A DNA stretch of 64,000 bases from Dimorphilus gyrociliatus (taxonomy: Eukaryota; Animalia; Annelida), in NCBI GenBank assembly GCA_904063045.1, contig CAJFCJ010000012.1, positions 558,001-622,000 on the forward strand, written 5' to 3'. The notes below the pieces were generated by a model. That model had not been told where the DNA came from, ran no database searches, and saw nothing but the letters and a program-made list of their open reading frames with translations. Shown here in pieces: positions 28,504 to 41,000 of this stretch. The first letter of the stretch is position 1; each line of letters begins with the position of its first letter. A program made the position numbers and the translations under genes.

Positions 28504-31239
28504 TTATTCCTCCTTTTTCTTTAGACCAGGAATGGGAACTTTTTCCTGAATCATCTTCATGACATCGTTGATTTTACTTCTAACTACGTCCAAATTCTTA
28601 TCGATTTGCTCTTTATTTAATTCGTATACTTTAGGGAAACTGAAGAGGCAAACAACTCCGATAAGCAATAAGGTCATAGCGTTGAACCAAGCTCCAACGT
28701 ATGTCAAAACCCATAAACATAAACCGAACTTGACTGAATCAACTACATTCTCGATAAGGAATAGACGCCTCAGAGAATTGAGCGAACAGACAGCGTGACT
28801 CATAATAGAATCAGCCAAAGCGTGAATTCTTTCTGGGGGTAAAGTTAGATCCGCTTCCAAATAAGTTTGAAATGGGTGAGATTCGTTTGTTTTCTGAACA
28901 GCCGCCATTATCGAACGGTAGGTTCGATAAGTAAAGGTTACTGACAGAGCAGCTAGGGAGAGGTAAGCTGTCACTGAGAGGATCGAGCAGCAAGACAGTG
29001 CTAGGAGGACTGAGAGTAGAACCGAAACGACAATTCCCGATTTTTTTGGACATTTCCAATATACCAAATCCAAAACTGTGATAATAAAAATTAGGTAATA
29101 AATAGTTGTTTAAAATAAATGACCAATTTGCATGGAATAAAACTAAATATAAAAATTTTCTATTAATTATAAGACCAATACGCATAATTTATTCAGCTAA
29201 ATCGACCGCCATCTATCGTCTTAAACTGGGGTTATGGTTAAGATAAAAATTTTCATCTGTACAAAATATTCAATTATATTTCATAAAAAGTACAAACATA
29301 TTATCTAAATGTAAATGAATCTTTCAAGGGTTAGTCAGCTTTTCATAATTAAAGCGAATCATTAATATTATATGACGGACAACTCTAAGAACTACCGATT
29401 TAGCATTTTTAATTAAATTCAATCTCTTTTCTTTTTATAGATTTTCCTTCAATCAAGTATTTTATTTTTATATTTTAGATAATATTACACAATATCTCAC
29501 TTTTTACTTGATAGAAATTTTCTTTTATCACTTCATTTCTCTCACTTTTTTTAAATATTTTTCGTTAAAAATTTATATTAGGTTCCAGAATTCTTTTATC
29601 TGGATTTTTTTTCTCTTCACCTTCTTCATGATTGATTTGGACGAAAAATGAGCAACCTTCTACAGTAATTTAAAACCATCAGCTTAAAATTCCTTCAGCA
29701 TTTTTCATACCTTTATTTAATAATAGACATTTAAAAGAAAGGAGATAAGCTGTAAATTGTTAGCGTATATGTTTTATACCCTCTATCTCGTTCTAAAAAT
29801 ATATATGCTCTTTTATATATATATATATATATTTTAAAGGCTTCCAGTCTTAAATGATTACAATGTTAAATACGGTAATTTATCAGGGAGATAAAAGAAT
29901 AGAATTAATTCAACAAACCAATTTTACGGTTAACGTATTTTTGCAAGAATTGCAAAGGCAAATCAATGCTACTGTCCGCCTCCATTGCAACTGCTAAACT
30001 TCACTGAAGCAGCTGCCCACTAGAATTTTTATATGCCACTGCATAACTATTCTAGAGTAGAGAGTATTTTTCTTCAGTTTTAGATATCAATAAAATACTA
30101 TTGGGTAATTTCTACTTAAATGAAATATCATTTCCTACTCCTCTGTCTGCGTTATTACTTTTCCGTTAATTTTACAATAATTGAGTGATTACGTAACTTA
30201 TTGACCCTAATATGAAAAAAAGTACCAGAATAAAAATACATTAAGTTAAATAGCAGCCTAACTGCAGAATACTGCAAATAAGCCTGTATACACAATATAA
30301 ACAGCTAACAGGCCGAAATTGGAACGCAGTGCAGTGGCGCCATGCAGATGTATTTTTTAGCTGCAGTATAGCTAGAATATATCGATTTTAGGCTTAGTTT
30401 GTCTTTCAAAAAACTTGAGTGATTTTTTCAAAAACAAATATAATCCATAGATAAACAGAAGGAAATAGTATAAAATAGTCAAATCAAACAACTATTTTAA
30501 CAAGTATTAACCCTATAAACATTAATGTAAAATAAAAAGTACAAAATTAAGCCTATTATCTTTAGATACGCTGTTTATCATATTCCAGGCCACTTCTCGA
30601 TAAGTAAGTATTGAAGTATCACTTGACTAATTCTAGATGACATTCTTAAAAAAAACTTCAAGAGAAAAACACTGCTGTATGATGTTTCTTTTTTTTTGTG
30701 TCTAATTTTCAATACAACTTAAATAGTTACTTGTTAACAAAGTACTCTCATCTTCTTCTGTAAAAAAAAATAAGAATATCTAACCTCTTACTTTAACATT
30801 TCCTACACGATGTTTGTTTATGTTTTCCTAAAGCAATTATTAAAAAAAAGGCTATTAGAAACAAATGCTAATTTGTTAAAAGAAAGAGGATTCCTGCTAC
30901 ATATTTAGAAGGATGATTAATATACATATAGAAGAATATTTATTTATATAAATACAATTACACACGCTGTGTACTATATATTGATATTTGATATAATGTA
31001 ATAGAATGATCATTCGTTATCTATCTCCACGAATATACATGTCTGTGGTACATTGATTCAAACGATAGCTGTTGTATATGATCTAAGAACTTCAAAAGAA
31101 AAACGCTATATTATTCATTAAAATAAAATTAATGACTGATTCATTTAAAAATCTATCATGGACAGTATTAATTTATTAGGTTGATTTTCAAGAGATTTCT
31201 ACAGCGAATTCTCTTGCTAAATGACTCTAAACCTATTCA

Positions 31240-31282
<43 letters not shown>

Positions 31283-33064
31283 TTGTTCACCTAGCTACCT
31301 TGCTAAGTACACCGTAAATTTCAAAATGCACACAAGGTATTTCTGCACTAATACTTTTTCAAGAGTATAAATGATCTTTTCTAGAACGTTTACATGTAGT
31401 AAACTTCTCCAACACTTGTTTATCTTATTTTAGATTAATGTTTAATCCTATTACTGATTACAGCAAATATAGTCGTTAAGGGGAAAATACCCGCGACAAA
31501 GTCTAAACTGTTAAACTTATGAGTCGGAAAAAAGAGAGACGCAGTAATCAATGGCACTTGCACAACGTTTCTGCCATGATGTCGATATTGGTAGGAAGCG
31601 ACAAACCTTTTCCTCGGGCAGCACAAAACGACTTGCATAATACGTCTTGCCTTACTTCTTTTTCAAAAAATTCTTGTTCATCCGCCATTTTAACGTTCAA
31701 TTGGATACTCAGCTGCAATTCTTACTACGCTTACAACAGTAAACAAGGAAACGCTACCTGATTATGCAGCGTCACCCTAGAATTTATCGATTATGTAAAG
31801 CATTTTTTTTCCATAGGTTGTACCTAAAGACTTACGCCATCTACTGACTCCAATTCCACCTCAATTATATATATAACAGTACAGTCTAGACTAGAGAATT
31901 TATTCAACCGAACTATTCTAGTTTTTCTTCGAAAACTTTATAAAATATTTGTCTTTACCAAATCTTTTATATGTTTTTCAAGGTGTTTAACATTAATTTT
32001 ATGCCTTTTATTGATATAGCTCAAATTTTTACTCCCATCTATAATCGATGCAATATCTCTATTTTATTATTTATTCAATAAAAGTACAATAAAATGTTTT
32101 TTTTAACATGAATACTGTCGTTATACCTCTTTAAAACGGAAAAGAAAACATTTTACTTTTACGCCTAGTACCTTGTAAGCTTTAAGTCTAATTAGTCATA
32201 CTGCGAGAGTAATTAATTTCTTCATATATACGTATCTATTCTAAAGATACACGTGGAATTCTTATAGAGCGCCACCTACCGTTTCGTCTTGAATTTTTTT
32301 AAAGATAAAATAGGAATAATAGTTATATATATATACGCTCCTTTAACACACCAAAGAACAAAAAGTACCCTGTTGAATTCTATATAAAAACATTCATTTT
32401 TAAAATTTCTGATGATCTATAAATGTCTATGCAAACATTTATAAATATTATATTAATATTGGAATATATAAAACCCTACAGTTTTAAGCATAAAACTCCA
32501 AGATTTCTATTGTATGTAATATACAATAATATGTATATAAATAGATATTTTATAAAAAAAACCCCACTGATTTTTGAAGTGCTATTACTGCTTTAAAAAA
32601 AATATCCCATCATAAAAAATAACGGCCTGTTTTGAACTATATCGAAACAAAAGGTGAAATATGCATAATTGAATAATGCTTCAAAGACTAACTTTTATTA
32701 TCAACTCTTGCTATTTATACTTATTTAATTTGTGTCCTTGTATGGTCTATTTTAAAACTTTTTACTATGGAAATTTGACATATTGTACATTTTTTTATCT
32801 ACATTTAGCTCACCTTTAGGGTCAAGGCTACACAGCAGTTTCGTTCCACCTGAAAAAATACTCATATATTTAGGCATTGTCCATAAATGATTTCTCTGCC
32901 AATATTCTTGTTACTTAAATCTACTTACAACATAAGTAATTTGTCTTCTCAGCAGACTTTTCGTCTTTAGTGGCTATGTTGCTTTCAGACTCAGTACTCT
33001 TTTGGGGTACTTCGACTTTTTCAAAATCGTTGTCAGTCGTTGACACAAATTCTTTGTCGTCCAT
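28504..33064 (-). CDS. RTN: Reticulon (RHD protein), isoform A, about 247 aa. Exons 33064-32929, 32849-32814, 29075-28504
   Basis: Spliced N-terminus MDDKEFVSTT...NYLCCGTKLLCSLDPK joins V-LDLVYWKCPKKSGIVV... of a complete reticulon homology domain (two hydrophobic hairpins, FPKVYELNKEQID). Phase-1 junctions with gtaagt/gtgagc donors. Confidence 0.93.
31607..31688 (-). CDS. RTN: Candidate alternative first exon of the reticulon (isoform B, about 217 aa)
   Basis: aaaATGGCGG context, MADEQEFFEKEVRQDVLCKSFCAARGK, then a phase-1 donor G|gtttgt compatible with the RHD exon at 29075. Confidence 0.6.
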
Positions 33065-33165
33065 TTTTTCTCGTTTTTTAACACAACTAACTTGTCAAAT
33101 ACAGAGCTTTGGTTAAATATGCTTCCAAGCCAATTTCTGAAGATATTTTCTGTACCATGTGACAA

Positions 33166-33175
33166 CGCATGCGCA
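33166..33175. promoter_or_regulatory. NRF1/Erect-wing-like GCGCATGCG site between divergent reticulon and zinc-finger genes
   Basis: cgcatgcgca about 100 nt upstream of the reticulon isoform A ATG. CpG-rich motifs are rare in this background. Confidence 0.5.
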
Positions 33176-33992
33176 TTACGAACAATTCTTACTAAAAGTG
33201 GGAAAGTTACACGTACAATAATTTTATTTCTCAATGCATTTATGAATCATCATTAGGACATCCTCGTTGGTTAATCGAAATATTATGAAAAACTTATTTT
33301 ATTACAGCATATCGTGATAAAAAATACAATATTTGACTGAAATATATTTATTAAGGTAATTATTTTTACTTTTCTATCATTTAGAATACCCTTAAGCGAA
33401 ATAATTAAAAAACATCAATAATAGTTATATTATTAGCAATACAATTAGTCAACTATTGTGAAATGTGTTGAAATGTTTTATTTTGAACGTAATTTTAACT
33501 AAAAAAATAATCTGCAATTAATCATTTTAAACATACGTTATATAGAAGAACAATTTAGAGGGAAAAGAACAATTTCAATGTCACAGAATTCATAATTATA
33601 CCAAATATATTTATAAATATATATTTAAAATTTAATATTCACAAGTTATATTCATATAATTAGTTTATAATGGAGAGAAAATTACTTTATTCTACCAATA
33701 GATAAGGTTTGTAACATATTAACTTCTCTAATATATATAGATTATTAATATACACAATTTAAAGATTAGCTTTCCATATTCTCCTTCTATCCTTTAATAT
33801 TTCGAAAATTATGATGGAATAGTACTTGTTAACATTCTTTGTCAGTACTTTTTTATAGAATTTTATGCCTCCCTTAGTTTAGGTTTACCCTATGTCTTAT
33901 TGGTTGTTAAACTGTTTACAAACACCGTAGTAAATCACGTTCTTGCTTTTCGTGCAATCGACTGAATTTTCTTTAATTTAACCCTTTAAATT

Positions 33993-35071
33993 ATGTCTTA
34001 CGATAATTATGATAGCCATAGAAGGTCAGGAAGAAAAAAACAACAAATTGTTAGTGCAGAAAGTGGAGAAATACGACAAAATTTGCATTTAGACGACTTA
34101 TTATGCATATTTCGAGGAAAATCCAACGAAGATTTTGAAGGAGGAATTAACTGCTGTTATTGTGGTAAATAACATATATTTAATATATATATATATATAT
34201 AATTATTATTATTAATTAGAGTGTCTTGGTTTTATAAGCAAATTATTTTAACCTCAACGAACATTAACAGAATCATATCTATTCGTTATCGTGTAGCCGA
34301 ACGTAAGATATAAACGGCTATTTTAGCGTCATCTGGTATTAACCTCGATAAAACATAACTATTAATCTAATATATATATATTAAGAAAAATAATTAACAA
34401 GGTCAAAAATTATTAATCTTGAATAACTACGTAAATTCCCCCCGTATAAATATTTTTTGTCCTTTCGTATAGATACAAGCTTGAACGGATATATTTTTAT
34501 CCGATAGAGAGCGTTATTATCGATATGCTGTTGTATATACATACATTTCTTTTATTTATTATCTTACTACGTCGCAGAAGGAAATTATAAGATTTCTTTA
34601 CATTAATAAATTATACCATCAATTATGTATAACAATAACAATAATTTAGTAATATGACATATGAATATTAATAAAAGAAAAGACTACCAGTTTAATATTT
34701 CGATATATACGTATATATATACTCTATGCTTTCATGCAATTGAAATATAACGTTTAACACATCTATTATTTGTCTTTAAAGGAAAACTGTACAAAGGTCG
34801 TGTATGTTTTACTAAGCATTTATGGGAACATACAACATACTGGAGTAATATTGAAGGATCACGGCACGAAAAAGTACTATCTTTACAGGCAGCTTTAATT
34901 CTATTTGCAAATAAATTGAAAAAGTCATTTGTAAGTAAATTCTTTCCATTTTAAACGTTTTCCATATTTTCTTTAAATATTTATGTTTTATAGGAATTTC
35001 CTGTTGAAATATTATTAGCAGCTCCTGTTTCTACTAAAAAACCAATTGGAAATGAAAAAACCGACATTTAA
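33993..35071 (+). CDS. Small single C2H2 zinc-finger protein, 132 aa. Exons 33993-34164, 34782-34930, 34994-35071
   Basis: Not in the ORF track. Splicing (TGT G|gtaaat..aag|GA; TTT|gtaagt..tag|GAA) rebuilds a perfect C-x2-C-x12-H-x3-H finger: CCYCGKLYKGRVCFTKHLWEH. Confidence 0.88.
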
Positions 35072-38000
35072 TGAGCAAGAATGTTTTTTATTGATTGTGA
35101 TATTAACTCTAAAACAAATTTTTTTCTATAACCCTGCATACTAAATTAGATATAAACAAACAAACAAACAAGAAAGAACTCAACTTATCAATGACAATGA
35201 AAATTAACTAAACTAAGATAGATAAGTTTTAAAGTGAAAAACAAATGTTTGATTCAAGTTCTCTCTTTCTTTTTTCGTTATTTCTTTTCGTGTTCTATCT
35301 AAATGTTTCCATCATATCGGCGGAGTTTTGGACGTAATTTTAATATTTAATAATTAATATTTTACAAAGAGGAAAAAAAAAACAAAAGAAATGTTTGTAG
35401 AGGATAAAGTCTTTTAACTAGATGAGGTATTAATAGTATTACTAAATAACTATGGAATATAATGTATTTTGTCTTTCTCGCTTTACCTCTTTCCCTCTCA
35501 TCTTCCCTATTCTACTCTTTAAACATCTCTATAGCGTATACGTTATTATCCCTAATTTGGAGTATGTAGTTTTGTATTGTACATATATGTATGTTGAAGC
35601 AGAGTGCTTTTAATGTTAACTGTCCCCTCTACGGTCTTTATGATTATGTAAAATTGTGCAAATTGTACATATACATAAATGTATATAAATATATCTATAA
35701 AGAATAATCTACAGATATAGATATATTTATAATATATTATATCTATATCTCTTTTGAATAGTTAATTAAAGGAAATACGAAATTCTATTGGTATTTACAA
35801 AGAAGAATGAAAGAAAGTATAGCTTTAATTGTATGTTTGCAGTACTTTATGCAAAATAAAATTGCGACATATGAGGCATTGTTTTTTAAATGAATTGTTT
35901 CTATATTGTTTTCTCTTTTGCCTTATTCAATAAAGAAAAAATATATTAAGTAAACATTAGAGTGTTCTTTACTTTTCACAACAGTCACGACAATGTACCA
36001 TTTATCATTAAAACTATAAGAATAATCATTGAGTTTCTGTCCTTTTCTGTTGAGCTTTTTGCTTTTCTCTCGTTTCATTTTCACTATTCCATTATTTTAC
36101 AGAACATAAATAATATAGAAACTATATAATTATATACAACAAAACGAAATATTTTAAGCGAAATATCATGAATAGATTAAATATTTTCCGCATTAAAATA
36201 AAATTTTCAGTTCATGCAATGAATTAATCAATTTTTTTGAAATATTTCTATTATTATGCAAGCTTATAATAGATTTTAAAATAAGATATTTGTGTTTTTA
36301 TAAAAATTCATAGCTTATTTTGCTGAACTTTCAGTTGATACAACAGCAATTCAATTTACGTACTTTATTGAAAAAAACAACAGTCATATTTTTATAGCAA
36401 ATCTTCACATAAAGTCAGATAGAAGGATTTCCTAGATGGATTTTCTTGGATAAGTAGTAATATCAGAAAAAGTAGATAAAAATGATCTCTTTATTCTTGT
36501 TTTGCTTTTCTTATTGTTGTTGGTTGTTGTTGGTGTTGTTTTTTTCTATACTGTAAACTTTACTTCATATTTAATAATGTAATAGTACATATTAACAAAT
36601 ACGAACATTGAATGTAAAAAATTTACTATTGCTCTCAAAATATATTGATTTGAATTATTAAATATGGATGAAGATTGTTCTTCAATATCAGTATATCTAT
36701 AATTTTCCAAGTCCTTGCTTATTTCTATTTCTTTAAAAAATCTAACTCATACGTAACTGTCAAATTTATCTATTAATAATTCAACTTTACGCAAAAGATG
36801 GCGACACAAACTTCTAGAGTAATAGGAAAAATATGTTTTTATGTAGTATATTTCCTTTTTTATTTTGTTTTTACTACTTGACTTTCAATATCTCCATACA
36901 TAACACTTTATCTTTCAGTAAAACCCCATAATATGCTAATTTTAAAAAAAACTGACATAAAAAAGAGTTGAAGACCACTCTATTCAATAACTTTTATATA
37001 TAGATATATATTTTCTCTTGAAAAGAAACGCCACAAGGTCGAATGAATAGAGAAAGAATGAGCTGAATGAAAATTTAAATGGTTTAGTTATAGAGCTCTT
37101 TAGATAAAACATTTTATAAAACTTTCCTAGAATGACGCTGAACGAAATTAATTATTTTGAAAACAAAATTAATAAGCGTTAAATTTAATGAATGGGCAAA
37201 CATTTAGGTTTTTTTTTCGTCTTTCTATGTTAACATCTAATTTAATGAAATCTATTCACGCTAGGAGCCGGTCAGGAATTAGTGGGCACACGCTTGTGGT
37301 ACATCTAGAAGCTTACGGTTTGGGTTTTCAGATACTGTAACTAGGTGGCGCTCCTAAATTAGACTATTCTTAAACAGTTTATTGAACTATAGCATTTCGC
37401 CTGCAGATTCTCTCACCTCTCAATAGACGAGGCATGTGATCAATAATATTTCTCATTATTTACGACTATTGGAGAGCTTATAAATTTACTTCAAATAAGA
37501 AAAGATCATATACAAAAGGAGATATGATAACTGCTTTACACAACTTGAAATCGCAAGAGAGAAGCCATCCTGTTCAGGTTAGTATAATAAATCGATTCCT
37601 AGAAATCTTTTTAAGAGAGATTAGGAAATTTCATAGGCGAGTTATTTAATTGAAATTATCCAGATGTTCATTTAATTATCTTTTACATTATATCAGTCTT
37701 TTATCTCCATGTTTCTTTTTATTTTAATAATCAACGAAAAGAATGGTTAACTATTATTCTATTCCCGGATGCTAAAGATGTTTATAAACAAAACACCATG
37801 GACTGCATTTACTGCATACTCTTCTGCCAAATAACCTTAATAAAGTGTACAAACAGAAGAGGAATTAGATCGCGCGTTGCAGTCACGCTTACTGTTGGAC
37901 TCTGGTCAATTCTTTGTTTATTTTAGTAGGCTTATATTTAACTTTTTGCCTCTCTCTCTTCCCCTCAAGCAATGGTTTTATCTGTTCTCTTTGCAAGGTT

Positions 38001-41000
38001 GTTTATCTAACCTTTCACTTAAAGGAGAAAAGTAGTGAAATTAATAATCCTTTTCGAAAGTTAAAAAACAGTCTCGTATTCATTTACTGCGGCTTAAACG
38101 GAAACAAAAGCATAAATTTCTTATAAAGTACCATAGCTTGTAATTCAAAAGCCTAATCAAATAACAAGTATTGTTAAAGAAAACGATTTCTTTATCTCTC
38201 CCCAATAAATTCTGTATGAAATCAACAAATAGGATAAGTGTATAATACATTAGGCGTATATTTTAATAAGAGAGCAAGATATAAGGAGGAGAAAGTAGTG
38301 GGTGGGAGGAAATGTGTAGATAGACGGAAGAGTTGAAAGAAGGGCTTTTGGCTCAATAAAATTTCAGGCTAGGCTAAGTAAAGAAAGCAAAAGCGGCTTA
38401 ATATTAAGTAATTACACAATTTCTTTCTTTTAAAGAAGAAAAAAGCGTTCTCTTGTCAAGTTTTTAATCTAATTTTTTAACAGTTTTTACAATTTATCGA
38501 TTTTAAGAAAATATCGACTGAAATGTTTTCTTCCACTTCATAAACTCATTTTCTCTTTTCTTTCCATCTTCCTCTCTCTCGCTCTTGCTCTTACTTTTTC
38601 TCTTTTTAACCTTTTTCACTTCCTTAATCTTAATATTTATTTTCTTTTATTTTTTTATAAATTCAATAATATTAAGTATATAAACAATTTATGATAATAC
38701 ATGAAAATATGTAATTGGCTTATCCAACCGATGAAACAACTTTAGAATCCCAAATGATGCGAGTAAATACGTTATTCCAAGTCTAAAGATTTCCTTATTT
38801 ATGATAAAGAATAGTAATCATTTTGATGACTATCAATCTAAATTAGGCAAATTTTGCTAGGACAATAATTGAGTTTCAATGTGTAAATTAAATGATCTAA
38901 ACGAATTATTGTACGTGCAGCAAAATTAATTACTGCTTAGTATTTTTCTTTGCTTGATTACGGTATCTATCATTCTCTGACTTGTTTCATTCTGTATCTT
39001 CTTCTCCGTCTGTCTATCTGTCCGTCTCTCTCGCTCGCTCTCTCTCTTTCTCTATCCATCTCCTTCTCTTGTATACAATACATATATCCAAACACTTCTT
39101 TCCCTTTTCACTTTCTTTCTTGTAGTTTTCATTTGCTGACAACATTCTAGCTAAGAAACATATCCATAATTGAGAGGGGAGGGGGTAACATTGAAAAAGA
39201 TCCGGTCATGTGATCGCTTCACCAAACTCTTTTTAACAGGGTACAATCGATGCTTAATTGCAAACTTAATTACCAATAAAATCAATAAATTGCAAACAAA
39301 ACTCATTTGTCGCAGTTTGACACGTCAATTTTATTTCGTTGTCAGATTGATTACGCACGACTGAATATTCGTCGTACACTTGTTAGAAACTGAACTGGCT
39401 TTTTAAAAAAAATACCTAAAGAGGCCTACGTTTAACTATTACTTTCTTTATTAATTTCAAAGGAATGATTTGCTATGAAGAAAGGGATTACTTTAAAGAA
39501 ATAATTAAAAAAAAAAGAACAGAGGGGAAAGGGGGGAAAACGGAAAAAGGGGGTAAATATGTTTATTTTAATGATGCTATTTTTTTTCTATTGATAACTA
39601 AGCAATGTGGAAAGATTCCTGCATGCAAATACTGCAAATGCAGTCTGTGTGCATGAGTTGGCTGCATAATCTTTCAGCCTAGCTGCCAAAGCAAGAGTCG
39701 ATTCTTTATAACGTTATCGCAAAGTTATAGCTAACGAGATATACTAGCCTAGTAAAAAAAATAAAGCATGCAGGTGGCCCGTAAAGCAAAAAGACTGCTA
39801 TTGTCGACAAATTATTTTTAAGAGGCATTCTATAGCTCATCCGTTACTACGTCTCATCAAACTTTCAATGAGAACGCTCTACGTTTTCCCATTTACTGAT
39901 TTCTTCAATTTTCTGCTTCTTTCTTTCTGTTTTATCTATAAATAGCCTCATTGGAAATTTTTACTGATAAATTTTCAAGAAATTCTTTCCCAAATTACAC
40001 TCTCAGAAATTTAATTCTAGAAGGAATGTTTTCCCAATGTCACGCCAAAATTAGTTAGTTGGTCACGTAAAGTTAACAAAAGTATATAGTATAGTATGTA
40101 TCGTTGAATGTAAATATTTAATATTTATATATGCACTACCTCGTAGAAAATTATTATAGCTTGTATCATTAGCAAAAGCCTTCCAGTCTATACAAACTTT
40201 TGTAGATTCTCAAGATATATTTCGGTAAACTAATTGATACAAAATATTCTTCTACTCTATAACATTCAAATTTTATAGGTTCGTTCAGTGTGTATTCTCG
40301 ATGAATATTCATTGTTTAAACAAGTTGTTAGCAATTAGTTTTGCTTAGATAAGTATTTACCATTTTAGGAGCAGTCTTTTTTATTTATTCTTCCTTTATA
40401 TTTAGAAATAAGTATTACTTTATCAGAATAACAAAATATTCTAGTCCTCTTTGAATTCTCGAGGCATAAAAGAAAAATATTCTTTACTGGTTTTTTCGAG
40501 TTTGATGAACGAGCTGGAAAGCATTTTAAGACGGTCCTGTCTAGAAATAGGACAGAAAATTTCATCAAGACAGAGTTGGTTGTGGATTTTGTAAAGTTGT
40601 ATAGTCAATTTGATTTTGTTACTTCTAACATCAAAACAAGACTTTTCTCTTCCTTTGAGAAGAATGATAACAAAAAAAAGAGAAATTAATGACAAATGTC
40701 GAAATATAGTAATAAAGAGTCTACTATGTCTTTTCATTTCTTTAATTTACTAGAAAAGAAACTCTTGAAAGTATTTCTTTGGCAGGTTCGTTACACTTAA
40801 AAGCAATTATTGAAATTCTTACTTGTCATTTACCTCTACCTTCTCCTCATCATCTTTCCAAAAAAATGCTTCTTTCCTTATGTATTACTTGTCTGCCAAA
40901 ATTACAACCATTATTCAATTGTATTAAATTTTATCCATTATTAATACGATGATGGAAATATTTCAACGTTAAACTATAACATCTTGTTTATTTGTATTAT

